Shown here: positions 34,124 to 41,799 of the stretch, piece by piece | Layout of the letters: the number at the start of each line of letters is the position of its first letter | How positions within the stretch are numbered: the first letter of the stretch is position 1 | Origin: an uncultured Gammaproteobacteria bacterium | GTDB taxonomy: Bacteria; Patescibacteriota; Patescibacteriia; UBA9934; CAZDDW01 | Length of the DNA: 48,330 bases | Assembly (NCBI GenBank): GCA_965231015.1 | Contig: OZ246408.1 | Span: 346,158-394,487 of the forward strand | Reading direction: 5' to 3' | The notes under the pieces: generated by a model | Databases searched by the model: none | What the model was told of the DNA's origin: nothing | What the model saw: only the letters and a program-made list of their open reading frames with translations | Translations under genes and position numbers: made by a program

Positions 34124-34164
34124 AGGTTTTGGAGACCCCTGTGATACCGTTTCACCACACCCCT
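34091..34164 (-). tRNA. tRNA-Trp (anticodon CCA), CCA encoded
   Basis: Manual cloverleaf: AGGGGTG/CACCCCT acceptor, GGGGT-CTCCAAA-ACCTC anticodon arm, GGGGG-TTCGATT-CCTCC T-arm. 74 nt. Confidence 0.85.
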
Positions 34165-34500
34165 AGAAATATGTATGTGGCTCAGATGGTACCATGTTTT
34201 AGCCTTTTTGTAAAGATATGATTAACCCCCCGGATCGTAAAATCCAGGAGAAAAGTATTTTTGATTTATCTTTACCCCTCCTTGTCAACCATATTATATG
34301 TGATAGGATCTGGAGCTATGAATTTGGGTCCGCTGGACTATTATACACGCGACCGCAGCCCAGGCTCGCTCCATGACGCCTCTACTCGCAAACCCTTGAG
34401 CCACTTGGTTCTCGGGCTTTTTGTTTGGTGAAAGAAGATTTTATGGCGTGCGTATTAACAAGTGAAGGGACGTACGCCCTATTTAAAACTTAAAACAAAA

Positions 34501-34914
34501 ATGCCCATGACCAAAACTCTCTCTAAAAAATATCTAATCGGACTGGCGACTCTTGCGGTTGTGGCAGGTTCGGCGCTCCTAGCGTCGGCGGTTATGGCCA
34601 GTGAGATTGACCAGGATCAAAGCTGTCCGTCACCACTGCACATGGGACGAATGAGCGATGGTTCAGGTCCACGAGCCGAGGTACAAGCTGCGATCGAGGC
34701 CGATGACTATGAGGCTTTCCTTGAACTGATAGCCGAAAGTCCTTGGGTCGATCGAGTTGATGAAGAGATCTTCAATATTTTGGTTGAGGCCCACGCTCTA
34801 CGTGAAGCCGGGGATATAGAAGGGGCTCGGGCTCTCTTGGATGAGTCAGATCTCCCAAGAGACGGACCACATCACCGATACGGACATGCTTTCCATAGCA
34901 ATTCAAACGAATAA
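34501..34914 (+). CDS. small secreted acidic protein with His-rich C-terminus
   Basis: ATG at 34501. Signal peptide LIGLATLAVVAGSALLASAVMA. Tail PHHRYGHAFH. Lies upstream of the ECF sigma gene. Confidence 0.55.
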   Translation: MPMTKTLSKKYLIGLATLAVVAGSALLASAVMASEIDQDQSCPSPLHMGRMSDGSGPRAEVQAAIEADDYEAFLELIAESPWVDRVDEEIFNILVEAHALREAGDIEGARALLDESDLPRDGPHHRYGHAFHSNSNE

Positions 34915-34944
34915 CAAAAACACATACAAGCTAGACGGGGACGC

Positions 34945-34982
34945 GACAAACAGCCTGAGCACGACAAGGCTGTTTGTCTTTT
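34945..34982 (+). terminator. rho-independent terminator
   Basis: 11-bp stem GACAAACAGCC/GGCTGTTTGTC followed by TTTT. Confidence 0.75.
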
Positions 34983-35028
34983 GAAAGAAAAAGCGGTGTA
35001 ATACGTATTACAAGATACAGGGAATTGT

Positions 35029-35604
35029 ATGGATAATCTTGTCGCAGATTGCGATCAAAAAACCGATTCAGAACTTGTGCGTCTCACTCTGGGAAACCAG
35101 ATATTTTTTCAGTGTCTAATGAAACGGTATGAAGAATCGTTAAAGAGGTACATTCGAAGAATATCGGGTTTTTCTGAGACTGAGGCCGAGGATATTCTTC
35201 AAGAGGTCTACATTAAGACTTTTTTGAATCTTAATGATTATGATAAAAGTTTAAAGTTTTCCTCCTGGATTTATCGGATCACTCACAATGAGGTGATTAG
35301 TCAGTATCGAAAAATTAAAGCCCGACCTCAAGGGAATTCAATCAAGGTTGATGAAGGGTGGTTGAATAATTTGCCCGGGGAGTTGGATTTGCAAGAAGAG
35401 ATTGAGAACAGATTTGATATTGAGAAAGTAAGGCAAGCTTTAAATAAAATTAGGATTAAATATAGGGAGGTAATTATCCTCCGGTTTCTTGAAGAGAAGA
35501 GTTATAAGGAAATTTCTGATATTATTAAAAAGCCGGAGGGAACTGTGGCGACTTTGTTGAACCGTGCCAAGAAACATTTAGCCGAGCAAATCAAAAAAGG
35601 ATAA
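35029..35604 (+). CDS. ECF-type RNA polymerase sigma factor (sigma-70 family, regions 2 and 4)
   Basis: Contains EDILQEVYIKTFLNL, FSSWIYRITHNEVISQYRK and SYKEISDIIKKPEGTVATLLNRAKKHL. Confidence 0.85.
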   Translation: MDNLVADCDQKTDSELVRLTLGNQIFFQCLMKRYEESLKRYIRRISGFSETEAEDILQEVYIKTFLNLNDYDKSLKFSSWIYRITHNEVISQYRKIKARPQGNSIKVDEGWLNNLPGELDLQEEIENRFDIEKVRQALNKIRIKYREVIILRFLEEKSYKEISDIIKKPEGTVATLLNRAKKHLAEQIKKG

Positions 35605-35608
35605 ATCT

Positions 35609-36352
35609 ATGAGCGAACAAGATTTGAGTGCCAAAGTGCTCGAAACAATCAAAGAGAAAAAGTTGAAGCCACGAGCCAAGTGGCACTTTGTGGTTCGTGA
35701 AATTTTGATTATCGTGGCTAGTGCGGCCTTGTTGGTGGTAGGTTCGATTTCTTTTTCAGCCATGATTCATCGATTCCAGTACAACGATTACGGGTTGTAT
35801 GCTCATCGGGGTTCAGATTTAGCTCTGTTTGTCTTGGCTACCATTCCATATTTCTGGATTTTGGCCACGGTAGCCTTCCTGGCTTTACTTTACTATATTT
35901 TGAAAAACACCAAGAAGGGTTATCGTTACCGACTTCCTGTAATTGTGATTTCTTCTGTGGTCGGTAGTTTCATTCTTGGAGGAACCCTGTTTATTTTTGG
36001 GGTTGGTCATCAGACTGACAGGATTATGAATCAGCATGTTCCAGGCTATGACAAGATAGTTGATCACGGTCGTGGTTTTTGGTTGAATCCGGAAGATGGA
36101 TTGCTGGCCGGTGAAATAATTGAAATGTCGCCGGAAGAAACCTGGTTCGTGGTCGATTTACACGGTGAACAATGGCTGGTTTATGTTGGAGAAGCGGAAA
36201 TTGTTTTGTTTGACGGAATCAAACAGGTTGAGGTTGGTTACAATTGTATGATGATAGGTGATATGCTGACCCAGGGTGAGTTTACTGCCGAGCAAGTTCA
36301 CGTTCGGAATTTGCCTGGCAAACCATCGGGTCCACCATCATGTTGCGAATAA
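35609..36352 (+). CDS. multi-pass membrane protein, likely cognate anti-sigma factor
   Basis: 247 aa, 4 nt downstream of the sigma gene. Four TM helices followed by a C-terminal soluble domain. Confidence 0.5.
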   Translation: MSEQDLSAKVLETIKEKKLKPRAKWHFVVREILIIVASAALLVVGSISFSAMIHRFQYNDYGLYAHRGSDLALFVLATIPYFWILATVAFLALLYYILKNTKKGYRYRLPVIVISSVVGSFILGGTLFIFGVGHQTDRIMNQHVPGYDKIVDHGRGFWLNPEDGLLAGEIIEMSPEETWFVVDLHGEQWLVYVGEAEIVLFDGIKQVEVGYNCMMIGDMLTQGEFTAEQVHVRNLPGKPSGPPSCCE

Positions 36353-36353
36353 T

Positions 36354-36611
36354 ATGACCAAGTGGGTGGTTTACATGGTTCGGTGTTCAGATAAGAGTTT
36401 GTATACCGGAATTACCAATAATCTTGAAGCTCGAATCAAACAACACAATCTAGGAAAAGGGGCAAAATATACTCGATCGCGTTTGCCGGTTGAGTTAATT
36501 TGGTTCGAGCGGAAACGGAATGAGAGTTACGCCCGAAAAAGAGAAGCAGCAATCAAAAAAATGACTCGAGCAGACAAAGAAAAGCTACTTGCAAACAATT
36601 TGCATTTGTGA
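36354..36611 (+). CDS. GIY-YIG nuclease family protein
   Basis: 85 aa. WVVYMVRCSDKSLYTGITNNLEARIKQHNLGKGAKYT matches the GIY...YIG pattern. Confidence 0.8.
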   Translation: MTKWVVYMVRCSDKSLYTGITNNLEARIKQHNLGKGAKYTRSRLPVELIWFERKRNESYARKREAAIKKMTRADKEKLLANNLHL

Positions 36612-36617
36612 TATAGT
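36589..36617 (+). promoter_or_regulatory. promoter of the zur operon with overlapping 6-3-6 palindrome (candidate Zur/Fur operator)
   Basis: TTGCAA, 17 nt, TATAGT. Palindrome TGCAAA-caa-TTTGCA at 36590-36604. Confidence 0.4.
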
Positions 36618-36623
36618 GCTCGT

Positions 36624-36995
36624 GTGTTTGAGCAAATAGTTAAACAAGCTGGATACAAGATGACTCGTCCACGGCGAGTTATTTTGGATTTGCTTACAAA
36701 ATCGCACCGTCCGAGTTCGGCTCAAGAGCTTCACGAACAAGTCTCGGTAATTGACCTAGTGTCGGTTTACCGAACCCTAAGTCTTTTCGAAGAACTCGGG
36801 ATCGTTCAACGGGAGCCGGTCTCCGGCACCGCTCGGTTTTATCTAGCCGACTGTCAGCATCATCATATCACTTGTACCAAATGCGGTCGTAGTCAGTGTG
36901 TGCCATGCAAACATCGCTTCAATTCAATTCAAGGTTTTACCAATATTAATCATCAACTAACTTTAACCGGACTTTGTAGTAGGTGTGCAAAGTAA
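36624..36995 (+). CDS. zur: Fur-family metalloregulator (probably Zur)
   Basis: 123 aa. Contains TRPRRVILDLL and CxxC pairs (CTKCGRSQC...CSRC). Heads a zinc ABC transporter operon. Start is GTG 36624 or ATG 36660. Confidence 0.75.
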   Translation: MFEQIVKQAGYKMTRPRRVILDLLTKSHRPSSAQELHEQVSVIDLVSVYRTLSLFEELGIVQREPVSGTARFYLADCQHHHITCTKCGRSQCVPCKHRFNSIQGFTNINHQLTLTGLCSRCAK

Positions 36996-36996
36996 T

Positions 36997-37119
36997 ATGT
37001 GCATGTTTTGCGGGAATCAATGTGGAGGAACGATTGATTACTTAATTGCCTTTAGCCCACCCTTTATTATTTGGGGTTATTACAAATTAGTTAACTTAAA
37101 ACATAAGTTAAGAAAATAG
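36997..37119 (+). CDS. 40-aa Cys-rich membrane micropeptide MCMFCGNQCGGTIDYLIAFSPPFIIWGYYKLVNLKHKLRK
   Basis: Not in the ORF track. ATG lies 1 nt after the zur stop, and its TAG lies 1 nt before the znuA ATG. CxxCxxxC followed by one TM segment. Confidence 0.5.
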   Translation: MCMFCGNQCGGTIDYLIAFSPPFIIWGYYKLVNLKHKLRK

Positions 37120-37120
37120 T

Positions 37121-38110
37121 ATGAAAAAGTTTATCGGACCAGCAATTCTGGTCGGAGTCATGGCAGTAGTTTTAGTAATTGGTTACGTCTTTCTTATCAA
37201 ACCAGTCACACAAGAAGGAAATAATCTAAAAGTAGCCGCTACGATTTATCCCCTGGCCGATATTGTTGAAAATATAGCTGGAGATAAGATCGAAGTCGTA
37301 AATATTGTACCACCCGGAGCCAGTCCTCACACTTTCGAGGTTACTCCATCCTCGGTCAAAGAACTTCAGGGGGCTGAAATTATTTTTGCGATCGGCGACC
37401 CGCTTGATACTTGGACGGCTGATCTGTTGTCAGCGGTTGATGGAACAGAAGTCTTAACTGTTGATGACGGAATTGATCGACATGAATTTCAGTACACCCA
37501 TCATCATGAGGAAGCTGATCATGAAGAAGACGAACATGAACATGAGGAAGCCGATCATGAAGAGGAAGAACATGGGCATGGGCACGAACACGAAGATGGA
37601 GAATTGGATCCACACTATTGGCTTTCGACAAATAATGCTAAAATAATTGCTGGGAACGTGGCAGCTGAATTAAGTTGGCTTGATCCTGAAAATGCAGAAG
37701 TTTATCAAAGTAACCTCTTGGCTTATCAAGCCGAACTTGATCAGGTTCATGAAGAGATTGAATCTATCCTAAAGAGTTTATCTTCAAGAGAATTAATCGT
37801 CTTCCATGAATCTTGGAATTATTTCGCTGATGAGTTTGATCTTGAGATTGCGGGAGTGTTCACAACCTCACCGGGAAAAGAACCAACTCCATCAGAGTTA
37901 GCTGAGTTGCATGATACCGCCGAGGAGCACGGAATTACGGCTGTTTTTTCTGAGCCACAGCTTTCTCCAGAAACCATTCGTCCGTTTGTTGAAGATTTAG
38001 ACCTGGAATTGTACGTTCTAGACCCACTTGGTGGCATCGATGAGCGTGACAGCTTAATCAACACCTTAAAATACAATGCCCAAACCATCCAACAAGCACT
38101 CGGTAAGTAA
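37121..38110 (+). CDS. znuA: zinc ABC transporter substrate-binding protein with His/Asp/Glu-rich loop
   Basis: 329 aa. Loop HHHEEADHEEDEHEHEEADHEEEEHGHGHEHEDGE, then DPHYWLS. Confidence 0.85.
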   Translation: MKKFIGPAILVGVMAVVLVIGYVFLIKPVTQEGNNLKVAATIYPLADIVENIAGDKIEVVNIVPPGASPHTFEVTPSSVKELQGAEIIFAIGDPLDTWTADLLSAVDGTEVLTVDDGIDRHEFQYTHHHEEADHEEDEHEHEEADHEEEEHGHGHEHEDGELDPHYWLSTNNAKIIAGNVAAELSWLDPENAEVYQSNLLAYQAELDQVHEEIESILKSLSSRELIVFHESWNYFADEFDLEIAGVFTTSPGKEPTPSELAELHDTAEEHGITAVFSEPQLSPETIRPFVEDLDLELYVLDPLGGIDERDSLINTLKYNAQTIQQALGK

Positions 38111-38810
38111 AGAGGCTCTGCGGGTAAAAAACGTTAGTGTCTTTTATGGTAACTATCCAGCCGTCCAGAAGATAAATTTCACAGTTGAAAAAGGCGAAGT
38201 GGTTGCCATAATTGGACCTAATGGATCAGGCAAGTCCTCGTTGCTAAAAGCAATCCTGGGCTTGATTGAGTTTAAGGGTAAAATTGATGTTTTAGGACAG
38301 CCTGTAAAAAAAGTCTTAAAAGAAATTGGCTACGTTCCTCAAAGGTACAACTTTGATGCTAGTTTCCCACTAACAGTAGAAGAATTTTTAAGACTGTCTT
38401 TACAAAAGGGAAACGAAGATCAGATGGAGTATGCACTCAAGGAGGTTGAAATGACAGATTTTCGAAACAAGATGTTGGGTGAATTGTCGGGTGGTCAATT
38501 GCAAAGAGTCCTAATTGCCCGGGCATTATTGAACAAGCCGGAAATATTATTCCTGGATGAGCCGACAGCCGGGATTGATATGGAGGCAGAGAGGAATTTT
38601 TACGAGCTTGTTAAACACTTGAATGACGAACATGAATTGACCATTGTTATGGTTTCTCATGAGGTGAACATGGTTTACAAATTTGCCGACCAGGTTTTGT
38701 GTTTAAACAAGGATCTAATTTGCTTTGGAAAAACCAAGGAGGCAGTTACCAAGGAGGTGATGGAAAAACTCTACGGAAAGGAGGTAAAATTACAACACCA
38801 TAAGCACTAA
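38076..38810 (+). CDS. znuC: zinc ABC transporter ATP-binding protein
   Basis: Walker A GPNGSGKSS, signature LSGGQLQRV, Walker B ILFLDEP. Overlaps znuA by 35 nt. Confidence 0.85.
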   Translation: MPKPSNKHSVSKEALRVKNVSVFYGNYPAVQKINFTVEKGEVVAIIGPNGSGKSSLLKAILGLIEFKGKIDVLGQPVKKVLKEIGYVPQRYNFDASFPLTVEEFLRLSLQKGNEDQMEYALKEVEMTDFRNKMLGELSGGQLQRVLIARALLNKPEILFLDEPTAGIDMEAERNFYELVKHLNDEHELTIVMVSHEVNMVYKFADQVLCLNKDLICFGKTKEAVTKEVMEKLYGKEVKLQHHKH

Positions 38811-38811
38811 C

Positions 38812-39618
38812 ATGGAAATCTTGGAATTATTACAATATCCGTTTATTCAACGAGCTCTGGTTGCAGGGCTGGTTTTAGCAGGAGTTTTGTCTCTGCTTGG
38901 GGTGTTTGTGATTTTGCGTCGCATGGCTTTCTTTGCTGATGGGATTGCTCATGCCTCATTAGCGGGAGTAGCCATCGGGGTTGTTTTTTCCTTTAATCCT
39001 CTTACAACAGCGGTAATCGCAACGGCCATAATTGCTGCCTTGATTTTCTTGCTTGAGCGGCGCTTTAATTTAGGCTCTGATGCAGCCATTGGTATTTTGT
39101 TTACTTCTGGTATGGCTCTTGGAGTACTGCTCATTAGTTTGACACCGGGTTATCAGCCGGAACTCATTAGTTTCCTTTTTGGAAATATTCTGTCTATTGC
39201 CAATAAAGAACTTTGGATTCTGATAATAATCAGTATACTGGTTGCCCTGTTCGTTTTTATAAAACTCAAGCCTCTTGTTCTGGTTAGTTGCGACGAAGAG
39301 TCAGCTTACTTATCTGGAGTCAACGTTGTTTGGTTGCAGTTTTTTCTGTATATAATTACCGCTGTTGCCATTGTTCTTGGAATCAAACTACTGGGAATTA
39401 TCCTGGTTAGTGCCTTGATTATTACTCCGGTAGCTGCCGCTAAAGTTTTAGCTCGTTCCTTTAGGTCTCTTTTGGTCTATTCTTTGTTGTTGGCTGAATT
39501 GATAATGTTGATCGGATTAACGCTTTCGATTTATCTAGACTGGCCCACTGGACCAACCATTGTTCTTTCTGGTACAGTAATATTCATTCTTGTTGGTTTA
39601 GTTAAGAAGATAAAATAG
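38812..39618 (+). CDS. znuB: zinc ABC transporter permease
   Basis: 268 aa, ABC-3 family pattern with about 8 TM helices. Confidence 0.85.
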   Translation: MEILELLQYPFIQRALVAGLVLAGVLSLLGVFVILRRMAFFADGIAHASLAGVAIGVVFSFNPLTTAVIATAIIAALIFLLERRFNLGSDAAIGILFTSGMALGVLLISLTPGYQPELISFLFGNILSIANKELWILIIISILVALFVFIKLKPLVLVSCDEESAYLSGVNVVWLQFFLYIITAVAIVLGIKLLGIILVSALIITPVAAAKVLARSFRSLLVYSLLLAELIMLIGLTLSIYLDWPTGPTIVLSGTVIFILVGLVKKIK

Positions 39619-39623
39619 AAAAA

Positions 39624-39818
39624 ATGTCTGAACAAGAACAAAACAAACTTCAGGCTTCTGGGATGTGTCCTCATGGTAATGAACCCGGGGGTTGTGAAAA
39701 GTGTACTGAACAAGAAATTGTTAACTCAGATCAATTGGTCGATTCTTTCAGTCGAACTTTACTCTCTCTTCCAGAGGGAATGATTCCTGGAAAATATTTA
39801 CGAGGTAGATTAGTCTAA
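39624..39818 (+). CDS. small Cys-containing hypothetical protein (CPHGNEPGGCEKC)
   Basis: 64-aa track ORF. In the same frame as the next two segments. Confidence 0.4.
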   Translation: MSEQEQNKLQASGMCPHGNEPGGCEKCTEQEIVNSDQLVDSFSRTLLSLPEGMIPGKYLRGRLV

Positions 39819-39830
39819 CAGTTCAGTGAG

Positions 39831-40361
39831 ATGATTCCGGATTTAGCTTCAGATCTCGATGCTCGAATGATTGAACTTGATGAAGAAACAGATCTACAAA
39901 AAGCTGTACAGGATGCAGCAAAAATTGTAAATGCGTTTTTGGCAGAACATTTTACCCGAGAGAAATTCGAAGAATTATCTCGTCAATACTTTGTTGAGAA
40001 ATCAGGCTTTGTTCCGTTAAATGAAGTTTTGTCTTATGGTGCTGATAGGCAACTGGTCCATATTCACTTGGCTCCTTCCGAGACCCTTGGACCAAAGGCC
40101 TTGGTAAAGAAAGTGCAGGAGGGTTTATCCGAATTAGCTCAACGTTTAGAAATCGAAGAAGATTTAGGAGAAATTTAAAGTGTAACGGCGTCATCCTGGA
40201 TCGTAGCCAAGAATCCAGATCTTCTAAAGCGAATGGGATTCACTATAGATGGGCCAATTAGTGATGAAATGAAGCAAGGATATTTTACTGATGATACAAG
40301 AGATATCTGGACTAGTCACATGGATCGAAAAGATTTTTTACAAAAATATCTTAAAAATTAA
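39831..40361 (+). pseudogene. hypothetical gene interrupted by an in-frame TAA at 40176-40178
   Basis: After the stop the frame continues for 60 sense codons (SVTASSWIVAKNPDLLKRMGFTIDG...), with no start codon for 18 codons. Confidence 0.4.
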
Positions 40362-40371
40362 TTGAAATCGT

Positions 40372-40746
40372 ATGAGCGGATATCATGTAGAACTCGAGCA
40401 AGCAACGCTCGATAACAACAACTTTCGCAAAGTCCTATTTACCGGACCAAAGTCACAATTGGTCTTAATGTCACTTCTTTCAGGGGAAGAAATCGGCATG
40501 GAGGTTCATGACGATCATGATCAGTTTATCCGAGTTGAAGAAGGGGTTGGTAAGGCCAGTATCGACGGTGAAGAGTTTGATCTTAAAGATGGATCAGCGA
40601 TTGTGATTCCGGCAGGCGCGGAACACAACGTCTGGAATACATCGGAAGGTGATAAGATGAAGTTGTACACCGTGTACGCACCGCCAGAACACGCTGACGG
40701 AACAGTTCATGCTACAAAAGCTGAAGCGGCAGAGCACGAACACTAG
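40372..40746 (+). CDS. cupin domain protein
   Basis: 124 aa. Contains GMEVHDDHDQFIRVEEG...IVIPAGAEHNVWN. Confidence 0.75.
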   Translation: MSGYHVELEQATLDNNNFRKVLFTGPKSQLVLMSLLSGEEIGMEVHDDHDQFIRVEEGVGKASIDGEEFDLKDGSAIVIPAGAEHNVWNTSEGDKMKLYTVYAPPEHADGTVHATKAEAAEHEH

Positions 40747-40756
40747 AGACAAAACT

Positions 40757-40803
40757 AAAACCCGCAAGGATCTATGCATGAAATGAGAACCTTGCGGGTT
40801 TTG
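40757..40803. terminator. bidirectional rho-independent terminator
   Basis: CCCGCAAGG-20 nt-CCTTGCGGG with A-run and T-run flanks. Confidence 0.7.
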
Positions 40804-40805
40804 CT

Positions 40806-41228
40806 TTACTTAGCTTTAATCAGAATCGGTTCAGTGTCAAAAAAGTCATCTTCATTGCTGGAATCAAAGATCCGAATAACTACTTCGCCTTCATCAACTC
40901 CAAAGTTCGAAACATAACCGTCCGGCACGGTCCAGGTGTAACTTCCGTCATCGGCATCAACTTCGTGGACGATCATTCCAAGCGGCTTACCACCGGTAGC
41001 GGCCTCGATGCTTATTTTTGTTGATTCCGGGGCGAGCCAGGTGATCTCATAAACCTGACCTTCGTACCACGTTTCGTATCCGGTTGGATTTGTGATTGAA
41101 AGCCCAGACTCGGTCGCAGTTAAAACATCAGTCTCAGTTTCAGTCGGTCCATCAGCTTGGTACACCCAGAACAAAACTCCAAGCAAAACGAGTAAACCAA
41201 TAACTATGATCCAAAGATTGTGACGCAT
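40806..41228 (-). CDS. secreted/anchored small beta-rich protein, function unknown
   Basis: 140-aa track ORF with an N-terminal TM or signal sequence. Confidence 0.55.
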   Translation of the reverse strand: MRHNLWIIVIGLLVLLGVLFWVYQADGPTETETDVLTATESGLSITNPTGYETWYEGQVYEITWLAPESTKISIEAATGGKPLGMIVHEVDADDGSYTWTVPDGYVSNFGVDEGEVVIRIFDSSNEDDFFDTEPILIKAK

Positions 41229-41229
41229 A

Positions 41230-41757
41230 CTATTCGATATCAGGGATTACACCAAGTGCGTCATTGAAACGGTTGATGTAGTTAAAGAGTCCAATACAGG
41301 CTGTGATTTCTACGATTTCAGGATCAGAGAAATATTGTTTAAGTTCGTCAATGGCCGCTTCATCAATTTTATACGCTTCTTTGGTTACGTTTTCAGAAAA
41401 TTTTAAAACGGCTTTTTCACGCTCGTCTGCCGCTTTTTCAATTTTTTCAACTGAAATATCTTCAAGACCCATTTGTTTCAGTTTCATTTCTGAAACACCA
41501 ACGCAGTATTCACATTTGTTCATTTCAGAGACCTTGTAGGCCACTTTCCATTTTAGCTTAGCGTCAACTGGAGCGTCGTCCATGGTGGCTTTGAACATGG
41601 AGAAAAATCCGAGCAGGATATCATCTTGGTTCGCCATAACGCGGATCCATTTTGGAACGTCCCCCATTTGTTCTTTTAAATTAGCAAAAAGCTCCGCGGC
41701 TTTTCCTTTGACTTCGTCATCGGTAACCACGTGGACCAGAGGATTTGTGTCGCTCAT
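41230..41757 (-). CDS. carboxymuconolactone decarboxylase (AhpD-like) family protein
   Basis: 175 aa with a CEYCVGVS CxxC motif in a helical context. Confidence 0.7.
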   Translation of the reverse strand: MSDTNPLVHVVTDDEVKGKAAELFANLKEQMGDVPKWIRVMANQDDILLGFFSMFKATMDDAPVDAKLKWKVAYKVSEMNKCEYCVGVSEMKLKQMGLEDISVEKIEKAADEREKAVLKFSENVTKEAYKIDEAAIDELKQYFSDPEIVEITACIGLFNYINRFNDALGVIPDIE

Positions 41758-41799
41758 AAAAAATGTTTAATAATATTACGTTCATGGTATCATATAAAG

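Noticed and set aside
34282-34423. SRP (4.5S) RNA
   Set aside because: There is no GGAA tetraloop flanked by the AGGUCC...GGAAGCAGCC domain IV motif, and the ends do not form the long closing hairpin.
37490-37600. Short DNA direct repeats (catgaggaagc.gatcatgaaga, twice) as a possible tandem-repeat element
   Set aside because: They lie inside znuA and simply encode the duplicated HEEADHEE units of the His/Asp/Glu-rich metal-binding loop typical of ZnuA.
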